Under the pieces are notes generated by a model that saw only the letters and a list, made by a program, of their open reading frames with translations, was not told where the DNA came from and did no database searches. 64,000 bases of DNA from an uncultured bacterium (GTDB lineage Bacteria; Zixibacteria; MSB-5A5; CAIYYT01), in the NCBI GenBank assembly GCA_963726455.1, contig CAVSCK010000003.1, forward strand, positions 544,001 through 608,000. Direction: 5' to 3'. Shown here piece by piece: positions 51,899 through 62,225 of the stretch. A program made the position numbers and the translations under genes. Positions within the stretch are counted from its first letter, which is position 1. Each line of letters starts with the position of its first letter.

Positions 51899-53424
51899 TC
51901 AGCTTCCCGAGCAGGGAGCAGAACCACTTCCAAAGATGTATGTGATCAGGAACACGACGTCGGAAATATCGACTGACCAGCTCGTATCACCATCACCAGC
52001 CAGCATCGGGTTTGGCGCCGGACCACCGGAAAAGATGTAAGAGATCAAATAGACCGCATCCGATATATCAACGCTGCCGCTGCCGTCGGCGTCACCGCAC
52101 GTCGCATGCCTGGGAATACTTGACTGTAACGAAACTCATATTGCTGCCGCCGTAACCGGTGACGATTACATTGTTCGCCTGATCCAACGCAATTCCTACC
52201 GCACAACTCGATGGTCCATTTGGTGCGAGGTGACGATTCGTCCAGATTTCGTTCCCGTCGGAATCGTACTTGAACGCCAGCATATCGCTGTCGCTTGAAC
52301 CCGCTACATAGACGCTGCCGGCTTCATCCAACACCATGTCCCTGACGGATTCTTGGGTGCTCCCCGACGAAACGTACTGGCGAGTCCAGACGGGAGTTCC
52401 GTCTGGATAGTATTTTAGGATGAAGATGTGCAAACCAACCGGATTTCCTGCGGACATCCCGAGACATAGATATTATCTGATGCATCGGTACTGCGATGTC
52501 GCGTACATTGTCACGTGACGATCCGCAGTCAAAGTCGCGTTCCCAGAGGAACTCACCTGAAGCGCCGAACTTCATGGTGAAGAAGTCATACGCAGTTGCC
52601 CCGTTATATGCATCCCCGGCCACCACAACATCTCCAGCGTTGTCCACACAGACTTTGTAGATATATATCAGCCGATCCTCATAGCGCGTCCAAGTGTTCA
52701 CGACGTCGCCCGCTGCATTGTACTCGATCACTACAATTGTCGTTCGACCGTCCGGAATGGACTCGTACCCAAAACGCCCTGCTACATACACATTGCCGGC
52801 GCCATCCATGGTAATTGCGTCGACATAGCCCGGCAGACTGTCAGGGGTCTGATAGAAACGCATCCAATCCGTATCTCCGTTCGGAAGATACTTGATGGTA
52901 ACGAACTCATATAAGGAGTTGGGACGCAAACTAAAGCCGGTGACATAGACATTGCTGGATGCATCAGCGGCTATTCCTGAAATTATATCATCGCCGTTGT
53001 CCGGATTGTTGTACGTTCGCACCCAGGCGGTGTCACCGTTCGGAAGGTACTTGACGACGACAAGATCACGTGCCGTTCCGACACCCCAGCCGGTTGCCCG
53101 TACATAGGAGTTGCCGAAATTGTCAGCGATCACCCCAAAACCGAACACTGTAATATCAATGGCGGTAAAGTTACCCAAATATGTTCTCGCCCAGGCCGTG
53201 TCACCGTTGGGCAGGTATTTGACTGTCGTCAATAGGCAGCCGTTGACTCCGTTGGGACTCCGGCCCACCATGAAGATATTGTCCTGATTATCTACCGCGA
53301 CCCCTGCCGGGTCGCTATAATGCGACCTATTGTACTCAGATATCCATAGCGGGACTGCCGATTGCACAATTACCGGCAGCATCAATACGAGGATACAACA
53401 AGCGAACATTACCCTTTTGGTCAT
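51899..53424 (-). CDS. Secreted SBBP-like beta-propeller repeat protein with a C-terminal dockerin; frameshifts near 52480 and 52100
   Basis: Repeated D..GNVYV.G...KY.PNGDT.W.R units; the terminal frame reads CGDADGSGSVDISDAVYLISYIFSGGPAP...CSGS*. Confidence 0.75.
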
Positions 53425-53594
53425 GCGAACCTCCGAATCTTGATGAATGTACCGAGTCTTGGGAAATGTATACCAAAACACGTATGTATTGTCAAGCGTT
53501 TTTTTGAATCTCACGATCTGCACTCACATCATAACCTTGGCTCCGGTCGCTAATCTCACCTGCCGTCGAGACACGGCGACCGCTGGTGAATCCG

Positions 53595-53623
53595 TTGACA
53601 ATCTCACATAGCTCCCCTATCTT
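53595..53623 (+). promoter_or_regulatory. Sigma70 promoter of tdh
   Basis: TTGACA, 17-nt spacer, TATCTT. Confidence 0.55.
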
Positions 53624-53683
53624 TGCGCATCGAAATTGACGGCTGCCGATGGCCGATCAGAAAGGATTGCGACTGTGGATACG

Positions 53684-54722
53684 ATGTGGGCTGGTGTCAA
53701 AGCAACGACGTGCCAAAGGCGCCGAATTCAAACAGGTTCCGATTCCGAAAATCACCGATAATCAGGTTCTGATCAAAGTGAAGGCCGCCTCGATCTGCGG
53801 CACCGATAAGCATATCTACAATTGGGACGCCTGGGCACAGGGACGGCTGCAATCCGCCGCTGATTTTCGGCCATGAATGTTGCGGCGAAGTTGTCGAGAT
53901 CGGCAAAGGAATCAAAGGCACTCAAAGTCGGCGACTTCATCGCCGCCGAGTCGCATATCCCCTGTGGCGTCTGCAAACAGTGCCGCATGGGCAATATGCA
54001 CATCTGCGACAATCTGGTGATTCTGGGGGTCGATACCGACGGCATTTTCGCCGAGTATGCTGCTCTGCCGGAAATCGTCTGCTGGAAGGTCGACAAGTCG
54101 CTTGATCCGGCCATCGCCTCGATCCATGAACCGTTCGGCAACGCGGTCTATGTCACCATGTCGGGGAATGTCTCGACCAAGAAGATCGCGATCATCGGTG
54201 ACGGCCCGACCGGCGCGTTTGCGTGCGGCATCGCCAAAGCCGTCGGAGCGGAGAAAATTTACACGCTCGGAATGATTCCGTTCAATCTCGATATCTGCCG
54301 CAAGATGGGCGCGCACGTCACGATCGATGTCACCAAAGACAAGGATTTCATCGAAGCGTGTCGTTGACGAAACCCATGGCGGCGTCGATGTCGTTCTCGA
54401 CATGGCCGGCAATCAGGCCGCCAACGACAGCGGCTTCAAGATGCTGCGCAAAGCGGGCACCTATGTCATGTTCGGTCTGCCATCACAGCCGGTGACACTT
54501 GATATCTCCAACTACATCATCTTCAAAGGCGCAACGGTCATTGGCATCAACGGCCGCAAGATGTTCGAGACCTGGTATCAGATGTCCGGCCTGCTCAACA
54601 GCGGTCTGGTCGATCCCTCACCGGTCATCACGCACCGTTTCCCCTTCCACGATTTCCTGAAGGCATTCGAACTCGCCACTTCAACGACCACGCCGTCGGC
54701 GAAGGTTGTGCTGGTGATGTAA
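53684..54722 (+). CDS. tdh: L-threonine 3-dehydrogenase (Zn-dependent) with several frameshifts
   Basis: SICGTDKHIYNWDAW, GHECCGEV, ESHIPCGVCKQC, EPFGNAV and GINGRKMFETWYQ distributed over successive frames. Confidence 0.85.
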
Positions 54723-54913
54723 ATGCAGGAGCGCCTCGTTGCAAAGCACGAAGAGAGACATAATCGAACGGGCTGCGAGCGTGGATAAAAGCTCCGATTT
54801 GCTCAAGCAGACCTTTTCTCGCAGTCTCCTCCGATTTCCCGCCATTGCCACTTTCTTGGGAGATGCTTTCGAAGCTCGAATGAATAGATTCTGAATGGAT
54901 TGACAATCCAATT

Positions 54914-55837
54914 GTGCAATGCATCCTGTCACCTGACTTGGGAACGGCCGCTAACCTAGAATCTCTAATTGAGCACTCAAGTCCTGAGATTGTTAGCAGT
55001 ATCAAGCGGGAGATTAATGGTGCAGCTCCCGACTTCGACGAGAAGGTTTGGGATTACGTGACTGAAGTCGCCGCAACGATCTGGATGGCTCGTGAAGGCT
55101 ATAGCGGCACTGAGAAATTCAAACCCGTTGCAAGGAATGGCAAAGCTCCACAGAGTCCTGATTTCATTTCAAATCACAACGGGAAAAAGTGTCTGGTGGA
55201 GGCAAAACACCTGAGAGCCCCTTCCAGAGTAGAGGAGCTCTTATGGGTGCGACTTAATGCAAACTACCTGATCGCGCCTGACCTATATAGGCGTAAATTT
55301 GTCGTTCATATTAGCGATGGTGATTGCTTCGAAAATGAGTATTGCAGCACTGAGGACAGTGCAGCTTGCAGCCAGATATTTGCTCTCCTCGAAAAGGAAC
55401 TTGGAAACCAAGATTGTGGCTCAGTTCGACACCTATATGACAAAAGGTTTGATGGCGGGAAAATCCTGAACATCAGTGTCTGCATTGAATTCCGTAAGGG
55501 ACCAGATTTTGTTTGGTGTGTCAGCGCCTCCTCTCAGGTCACGACAAGCAACAAGTCACTCGAGGCGCAATCAAAGGCTGGATTTAAGGATAAGATCAGG
55601 AAAACAATAGAGAAGGGCTCATTGCAGTTGTTGTCAGCAGCGACTCCCGAGACTGGGGAGTTGGTAGTCTTCCTATGCTGGGACATACCCATGATGTACA
55701 AACAGCTTGATTGTGACTTTGAGAACGAAGTGAGTATGTACGTCAACTCAGAGTTGGCACCGGAGTATAGAGAGCAAGACGATAGGCTAAAGATCCATTT
55801 CACGGACTGGGGCAAAATACTTAACGACTTAGCTTGA
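54914..55837 (+). CDS. Hypothetical protein with a PD-(D/E)XK-like motif; the true 5' end may extend to ~54723
   Basis: E...SPDFISNHNGKKCLVEAKHL; more AT-rich than its neighbours. Confidence 0.55.
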   Translation: MQCILSPDLGTAANLESLIEHSSPEIVSSIKREINGAAPDFDEKVWDYVTEVAATIWMAREGYSGTEKFKPVARNGKAPQSPDFISNHNGKKCLVEAKHLRAPSRVEELLWVRLNANYLIAPDLYRRKFVVHISDGDCFENEYCSTEDSAACSQIFALLEKELGNQDCGSVRHLYDKRFDGGKILNISVCIEFRKGPDFVWCVSASSQVTTSNKSLEAQSKAGFKDKIRKTIEKGSLQLLSAATPETGELVVFLCWDIPMMYKQLDCDFENEVSMYVNSELAPEYREQDDRLKIHFTDWGKILNDLA

Positions 55838-55855
55838 GGCAGCTCTTCTCCCTGC

Positions 55856-56094
55856 AACTCGGTACCCCATCCCAGCAGGTGGGAATTCCTAATACAACAG
55901 CCCCCATTCTCTCCGACATCCCCCGATGAGCGAAACGAAATTGCCTCCAGCGGGTTTTGTTAAGTCGAGAAAGCAGGAGTGATTTCTTACCCACTCGCTG
56001 TGGGGTACAAACTTACCGCCTATACACTTATGCGTAACTTTGTGAACTCAGTACCCCAGCCCAGCGGGTGGGAATTTCTGATGCATCGGCCCCC
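55856..56094. repeat. Cluster of GTACCCCA-type extragenic repeats
   Basis: 50-nt direct repeats 55856-55905 and 56045-56094 (42/50 identical), an inverted degenerate copy at 55981-56008, and a related copy at 62113-62142. Confidence 0.65.
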
Positions 56095-56227
56095 GTCCCC
56101 TGTTCATCCGGCGCGCGACAATGTAGTTGCACCGACTATAGTTTCGTAGGTTGGCGTTGCGAGTCCCATGACATTACTCGACACCCGACAACTCGCAGTC
56201 GGTTCACTGCCTCGAACTCGCAACGCG

Positions 56228-57886
56228 CTACTTCTTCTCCGCCGCCGCGGATTTCGACTCCTCGCGGTAAAACACCCCCATGCTTGCCGGTGCATTGTAG
56301 AGTTCCGGCTGAAGATACTTGCCCTGACGCGCTCCCGTCTTCATTTCTATTGCAGGTGCTTTGTACTTCTGGACATAGAGATCATTTCGAGTTCCTGTCA
56401 CTGTCCAGGAAACTTTCAACCCGCCGGAGCCACCACTGATCTTAAACTTGTGGCCACTAACTTCCTGTGCGATAAAAAGGTTGGGGGCTGATGCTCCGAC
56501 CGGAGTAAGCTGATACTGGAAGTCTTTCGTGATGGACTCAGCATAATCGGGAAGTGTAACCCATGCCTCACCACCTGCATCGAGAACAGCATTGCCGCGA
56601 TAGGTGTAAGTAGGTTCAGTCGATTCAACGCTGTAATTATTAATCATCTTGTTCAGGGGATCGAGCGGGTGATCCAACTGGTTGACTGCCAATCCAGAAC
56701 CACCAAATCTGCCGCCATAGTATACTCCGTAACCGTATGGACTGGGACAGTACCCAAGCACTCCGAAACCGCCCCCGACAGAATCTTCCGATAAACCTTC
56801 GAGAGCCCCAGCGTCTTGCGCAGAGACTCCGGCAAAAATTGCCATGCTGCTGCTATCACTTATCACAGTCAAAACACCAAAGAGAGGAAGCGGCTTCGTC
56901 CCGATCGCGACAGTTGTTGCGTGAATCGACAATCCGTAGTCACTGTCAAGCTCAATCCTCGCATCATAGTCCGATATGCTATCGTTCTTGAAATCGATAT
57001 AGGGCGCCCCGCCAACCATTTCCATGTAGGCGTTTGGATCACGACCGATGTGGACACCGTACGCAGTCGATGAACTTCCACCGACACTAACGTTCCCGTT
57101 TGCCGGCGCCATCGATATGCCACCGACATCAGTCGAGATGATGCCGTGAGTCCCATCATGCGATAGATCAAGAAAAGTCCCCCAGGAGTTCGTTGTTCGC
57201 CCATGAATGCGCAGTGATGCATCATAGTCCCTGACATTACTGAAGGTATTCATGAAAGAGAAGATGTGCCCCGTCGTAGCGTCGCCATCGAAGACGGCAA
57301 GGTAGTCACCGCTAAAGGAGATACGCGGTCGCTCAGCAGCCGCCGAACCATCTTTCAAGGTCAATCTCGGTCCGTTCCAATAGCTCACCGTTATCCCCCC
57401 GTTGACTTCGAGAGCACTGGTAGGCGTTGACGTACCGATACCAACATTGCCTCCGGTGTAGTAAATGCTACTACCTGATTGGGTCCAGTAGCCACTCGTA
57501 CCACCCGGGGCGTTGAGTGCGTAGGGCACGGAAGCCATAAGAATCCGCGGTGACATCTCGGGGCCGGAGCCGATTGTGATTCCGAGGTAGCGGGGAAATT
57601 CCTTGAACAGGGCTGGGTCAAAAGGATTTGCAGACCCAAGCAAGGCGGTAAACAATCCGTCTGAGGTAGTGACATTGTGTTCTTCCGTCCACAAGGCTGA
57701 ACCACCCGAAAGATCGGCATAGATTGCGAACGTCACGCTATATGTACCATTTGGCACCGGTTTGCCTGTCGCATCAGTAAGTCTGCCCTGATAGCTGATT
57801 GGTTGTGTCGGGGCCGCCTGCACCAAACCTGCGACCATGATCGAAAAACAAAACATGAGATACAGTCTGATCAATTTCGGATTCAT
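56228..57886 (-). CDS. Secreted tail-fibre-like protein, paralog A
   Basis: Signal peptide; ISYQGRLT..G.PV N-domain; GNVGIGT.TP...LEVNG repeat; LDHPLDP...YQLTPVG C-domain. Confidence 0.75.
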   Translation of the reverse strand: MNPKLIRLYLMFCFSIMVAGLVQAAPTQPISYQGRLTDATGKPVPNGTYSVTFAIYADLSGGSALWTEEHNVTTSDGLFTALLGSANPFDPALFKEFPRYLGITIGSGPEMSPRILMASVPYALNAPGGTSGYWTQSGSSIYYTGGNVGIGTSTPTSALEVNGGITVSYWNGPRLTLKDGSAAAERPRISFSGDYLAVFDGDATTGHIFSFMNTFSNVRDYDASLRIHGRTTNSWGTFLDLSHDGTHGIISTDVGGISMAPANGNVSVGGSSSTAYGVHIGRDPNAYMEMVGGAPYIDFKNDSISDYDARIELDSDYGLSIHATTVAIGTKPLPLFGVLTVISDSSSMAIFAGVSAQDAGALEGLSEDSVGGGFGVLGYCPSPYGYGVYYGGRFGGSGLAVNQLDHPLDPLNKMINNYSVESTEPTYTYRGNAVLDAGGEAWVTLPDYAESITKDFQYQLTPVGASAPNLFIAQEVSGHKFKISGGSGGLKVSWTVTGTRNDLYVQKYKAPAIEMKTGARQGKYLQPELYNAPASMGVFYREESKSAAAEKK

Positions 57887-57917
57887 CGTTCCTCCGTCTC
57901 TGATACATTTGTCGCCA

Positions 57918-59690
57918 CTATTTACTGTCCGGCTTTGTCTGGTTCTGTTGTTTCTGCAACTCCTTCATCTTCGCCTCAGTCACCTGGCGCTCCAGCCTTT
58001 CCGCTTCCGCGCGCGCTTTGGCCGCCTTAAGCTCCAAGTCACGCAGATCAACCTGATACATATTCTCGTTCGTCGGCTTACCGAAGACATCGCTCGTCTC
58101 CACTTTGGTCGCTTGGTCAAAGCCCGCCGCCTCGCTGGAATTGGCCATCGCAATCACGCTACCGTACGAAGTCGGCAGATAGATCGCTGTCACTGCGGCG
58201 TCGGCGGGAGCCATATAGGCCACCCCGGTGACATATCGCGACCCTTCCATTCGGAATGTGTAAGTTCCCGCCGGTTTATAGAAAACGCGTTGCACGAAAA
58301 CGGAAAAAATCGTGCCCTGGTCGCCGCCTAATCCTACTATAGCAGTATATCCCGTTATCCGATCACCCCCGGCGGTTTCATCAATCTGAATGTAAGCTGT
58401 CTTGGTACCAGCCGGCCCACTAATGCTAACGTCGCAGCTTCCGATAACCAGTATGTAACCGCTTCCCGGCGTTGTGATCGTAGTGGTCACCAGGTCTTGC
58501 ATCGTTGCACTTGTTAATAAACTTGGCGAGGGGACTCGATTGGCCGAGATACCTGGTTCATCGAGAATTTCTCTACTGTCGATGGCGCAGTCAGGCAGAA
58601 TCACGGATGAATTCCCACTGGCTCCAGCGTCCATCCACACATTGAGCGCGTTGGTGCTGTCATTCAGCATCAGCGTACCGCCTCTGCCACCTCCGAATCC
58701 AACCGCCGACAGCAACGCCCCGCCGTAAGTGGACAAAGAGCTGTCGTACAGTACCAATAGACCAGCACCTTCCTCGCAAAGTCGAGCTCTTTCCACACCA
58801 TTAGATCCAAAGACCTGAATTTTCCTATTGTTCGGATCAACCATAACTCGGTCAGCGCCGCCGGATTGCCAGCGGCTATCGGCGGAGAAGACAACCGAAC
58901 CATTTGCCGGCGCCAACGTTATGTCCCCGACATCAGTCGACATGATACCGTGGGTCCCGTTATGCGTCAGATCAAGAGAGGTGCCCCAGGAGTTTGTTGT
59001 TCGCCCGTGAACGCGTAGTATTGCATCATAGTTTCTGACATTGCTGAAGGTGTTCATGAATGAAAAGACGTGCGCGGTTGAGGTGTCGCCATCAAAGATC
59101 GCCAGGAAATCGCCGCTAAAGGAGATACGCGGTCGCTCCTGCCCAACGTGGTTATCTTTCAGAGTCAATCTCGGCCCGTCAACTTTGCTTATAGTTGCGC
59201 TGCCATTGACCTCCAACACGTCGCCGGGAGTTGACGTGCCGATTCCGACATTACCACCATTGTAGTAAATACTGCTGCCGGACTGCAGCCAATACCCAGT
59301 CGTACCACTCGTGGCATTTAACGCATAAGGCACGGAACCCATAAGAATTCTTGGCGTCATTTCCGGGCCGGCACCAATCGTGATTCCGAGATAACGAGGG
59401 TACACTGAGAACAAACTCGGGTCAAACGGAGTCATCGATCCGAGCATCGCCGTAAACAATCCGCTCGAAGTGGTGACCGTATGACTTTCCGTCCACAAGG
59501 CTGAACCACCCTCAGAATCGGCGTAGATTGCGAATGTTACGCCGTAGTTGCCGTTGGCAACCGGATTGCCCAAACTGTTTGTAAGGCGGCCCTGGTAGCT
59601 GATCGGTGGAATTGACGCGGCCAGAATCGCCGTCGCCCAAAACGCAAACAGCGCGCAGATAACGATAATGCGATACCTGAATGATGACAT
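57918..59690 (-). CDS. Secreted tail-fibre-like protein, paralog B
   Basis: GGAGG RBS before MSSFRY; N-half highly similar to paralog A; different C-half ending in a coiled coil. Confidence 0.75.
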   Translation of the reverse strand: MSSFRYRIIVICALFAFWATAILAASIPPISYQGRLTNSLGNPVANGNYGVTFAIYADSEGGSALWTESHTVTTSSGLFTAMLGSMTPFDPSLFSVYPRYLGITIGAGPEMTPRILMGSVPYALNATSGTTGYWLQSGSSIYYNGGNVGIGTSTPGDVLEVNGSATISKVDGPRLTLKDNHVGQERPRISFSGDFLAIFDGDTSTAHVFSFMNTFSNVRNYDAILRVHGRTTNSWGTSLDLTHNGTHGIMSTDVGDITLAPANGSVVFSADSRWQSGGADRVMVDPNNRKIQVFGSNGVERARLCEEGAGLLVLYDSSLSTYGGALLSAVGFGGGRGGTLMLNDSTNALNVWMDAGASGNSSVILPDCAIDSREILDEPGISANRVPSPSLLTSATMQDLVTTTITTPGSGYILVIGSCDVSISGPAGTKTAYIQIDETAGGDRITGYTAIVGLGGDQGTIFSVFVQRVFYKPAGTYTFRMEGSRYVTGVAYMAPADAAVTAIYLPTSYGSVIAMANSSEAAGFDQATKVETSDVFGKPTNENMYQVDLRDLELKAAKARAEAERLERQVTEAKMKELQKQQNQTKPDSK

Positions 59691-60080
59691 AACGCCTCCG
59701 GTGTATGAAAAGAGCAGAATTATTATCAGAAGCAGGTCGGTCGCCGATTTGAGGACAAGACCCCTATCTTTAATATCGGCAATATGAGCAAATAAGGCAA
59801 ACGTTATTCTGATTGTCGCTGCCTCCCTGTACATGGTTTCGCAGGTCAGCGCTCCCAACCATAGCGCAATTGAAAACCGACTTATTCCCTCCCGCTTCAC
59901 CAAATCAACGACTCGTCTCTCTGCTATTGCCTTGACTTTCTCGCGTCTAAAATTATATTGGACTTGTCTATCTAGGTATTGTTGCCAAAAAAGGTCGTGG
60001 AGTTTGAACTGCCGTTCATGTCCCCGCCCGGGGCGCCACAATCTGCCGAAAGATCATCCGCAGATCAAAGGAGTAACCAT

Positions 60081-62057
60081 ATGAAACTCACACTATCACT
60101 CTGTCTGGCCCTGTCGATTCTCATGCTGACTTGGGCATCACTGACGTTCGGCGCGGTGCCGCAGTCAATCAACTATCAGGGCCGGCTCACCAACGCCGTC
60201 GGCGCTCCGGTGAATGACACAGTTAGTCTGGTGTTTACGATCTGTAGCGACTCCCTATGTGCCAAGACTCTCTGGACTGAAACGCAGAACGACATCATAA
60301 TAACCGACGGGATTTTTGCGGTCCGGCTCGGATCGATCAACCCGATCACACCGGACGCATTCGGGGGCGGGACGCGCTGGCTTTCAATTTCGCTGCATGG
60401 ACAGACTGTTAACCGACGTCTGCCGCTGGTGAGCGTTCCCTATGCCTATCAATCTGTAACGGCCGACACGGCTGATTACGCCAGGAACGCCGGTGCATCC
60501 GACTGCGCCGGGTGCAATGAAATCTTCGTGAATACCATCGGTCCCGACAGTGTCTACGCTTCTTCCGGGACCGCTTTTCTCGCGAAAACGGAAGCTAGCG
60601 CCGGCGATTACGCGTACGGTGTTAGAGGTATCGCATCCAACAGCTCCGGTGGCACGGCTTTCGGAGGCGCCTTCTCATCTCTCAATATTGGCACCGGCGT
60701 TCATTATGGTGTCTACGGCGAGGCACTCGGCGTCGCCGCCGGTCAAGCGTATGGTGTTTCCGGTGTAGCCACAAATTCGTCATCGGGTGAGACTTATGGC
60801 GGCCGCTTCTGGACCCTCGCCGGCGGCACAGGTTCCCATACCGGTGTTCGGTCCGAGGCCTTCGCTGCCTCCGCCGCTCCAACTTGGGGCGTCAGTTCCT
60901 GGGCTCGCAACACATCATCGGGTCTGACTTACGGTGGCCGTTTCGAAGTCGACGCCGCCGGCTCCGGCGCCCATTACGGAGTCTATTCGACTTCTGCCGG
61001 TTCGACCGATGTTACAACTTACGGTATCTACGGCAGCGCCGAGAATTCCTCTACCGGCGACGCCTACTCAGGATATTTCCTCACCTCCATTAATGGGACG
61101 GGCAGACACTTCGGTGTTGACGCAAATGCCTATTGCAACTCCGAATCTGAAGCTTACGGCGTGAACGGAATGGCCCAAAACAATTCCACCGGCGACGCCT
61201 ATGGCGGATACTTCTCGACCACGGCTTATGGAACTGGTCTTCATTATGGGGTTAAAGGCATCGGGCGCACTGGAGCGTCACCGGAAGTCTACGGGGTTGT
61301 TGGTGAGGGATCGAATACCTCCAGCGGCGCCGCTTTCGGAGGCATCTTCGCTACCGATACACTCGGCACTGGTCACCACACCGGCATCTATGCCCGGGCT
61401 GACGGCTCCTCCGAATCTACTATGTCCGGCGTGGTTGGCATCGCCATGAATTCGTCCACCGGCATTTCCTACGGTGGTCGCTTCTTGACATTTGGTGACA
61501 GTCCCGGCCAGAAGATTGGTGTCTACGCATCTTGTCCGACTGCTTCCGAGCCGGGAATCAATTTCGCCGGATTCTTTGACGGGCCCGTGATCGTCATGAA
61601 TAATTTTCAGGTAATGGGCACCAAGAGCGCCGTGGTTGGCGTTGGCAATCAAGAATACCGCTCCGTCTATTGCCAGGAATCGCCCGAAAACTGGTTTGAG
61701 GATTTTGGTGAGGGACGGCTAGTCAACGGTCGCGCTCATATCGACCTCGATCCGGTGTACTTGCAGACAGTCACCATCGACGCCAATCATCCCATGAAAG
61801 TTTTCGTGCAGCTCGAGGGCGACTGCCGTGGCGTGTATGTATCGAAAAGTACGACCGGCTTCGACGTGAACGAACTTCAGGGCGGCACCAGCGGCGTTGC
61901 ATTTTCCTACCGCGTTGTAGCGAAGCGAAAGGGTTATGAGGATCTTCGACTGGCAACAACGAAAGTCATTTCGCCCGATGTGAGACAGGCCATGCAAAAC
62001 CAGGGCCTTACTAACGTACCTAAGGCGATTTCCGAAAGACCCTCGCAAGACGAGTGA
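60081..62057 (+). CDS. Secreted repeat protein, paralog C
   Basis: AAGGAG RBS; INYQGRLT N-domain; about seven 45-aa Gly-rich repeats; ESPENWFEDFGEG C-domain. Confidence 0.8.
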   Translation: MKLTLSLCLALSILMLTWASLTFGAVPQSINYQGRLTNAVGAPVNDTVSLVFTICSDSLCAKTLWTETQNDIIITDGIFAVRLGSINPITPDAFGGGTRWLSISLHGQTVNRRLPLVSVPYAYQSVTADTADYARNAGASDCAGCNEIFVNTIGPDSVYASSGTAFLAKTEASAGDYAYGVRGIASNSSGGTAFGGAFSSLNIGTGVHYGVYGEALGVAAGQAYGVSGVATNSSSGETYGGRFWTLAGGTGSHTGVRSEAFAASAAPTWGVSSWARNTSSGLTYGGRFEVDAAGSGAHYGVYSTSAGSTDVTTYGIYGSAENSSTGDAYSGYFLTSINGTGRHFGVDANAYCNSESEAYGVNGMAQNNSTGDAYGGYFSTTAYGTGLHYGVKGIGRTGASPEVYGVVGEGSNTSSGAAFGGIFATDTLGTGHHTGIYARADGSSESTMSGVVGIAMNSSTGISYGGRFLTFGDSPGQKIGVYASCPTASEPGINFAGFFDGPVIVMNNFQVMGTKSAVVGVGNQEYRSVYCQESPENWFEDFGEGRLVNGRAHIDLDPVYLQTVTIDANHPMKVFVQLEGDCRGVYVSKSTTGFDVNELQGGTSGVAFSYRVVAKRKGYEDLRLATTKVISPDVRQAMQNQGLTNVPKAISERPSQDE

Positions 62058-62225
62058 AGGCATCCAGCCGCCTATAGTCGTTGAGATGAAGCGTGCAATT
62101 ACTGGGTATCTGGTCTCCCATCCCAGCGGCTGGGAGTATTCCACACATCTGGCCCACTAACTCACAACCACTCACCTGCTTCTGACGTACCATATCCAAA
62201 ACTCGGAACCCGGAAAGGATTTTCC

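Noticed and set aside
53684-54722. Programmed frameshifting or Sec readthrough in tdh and other split genes
   Set aside because: The breaks are multiple indels with no consistent slippery sites; sequencing error is more parsimonious.
55922-55945. Hammerhead-like CCGATGAG...CGAAA core
   Set aside because: The core deviates from CUGANGA, stem II is essentially absent, and no convincing stems I and III were found.
55856-56094. CRISPR array
   Set aside because: Only two degenerate direct repeats about 140 nt apart, and no cas genes.
56228-62057. Prophage or DGR target region
   Set aside because: No capsid, terminase, integrase or reverse transcriptase; the proteins have signal peptides; no adenine-specific TR/VR pair was seen.
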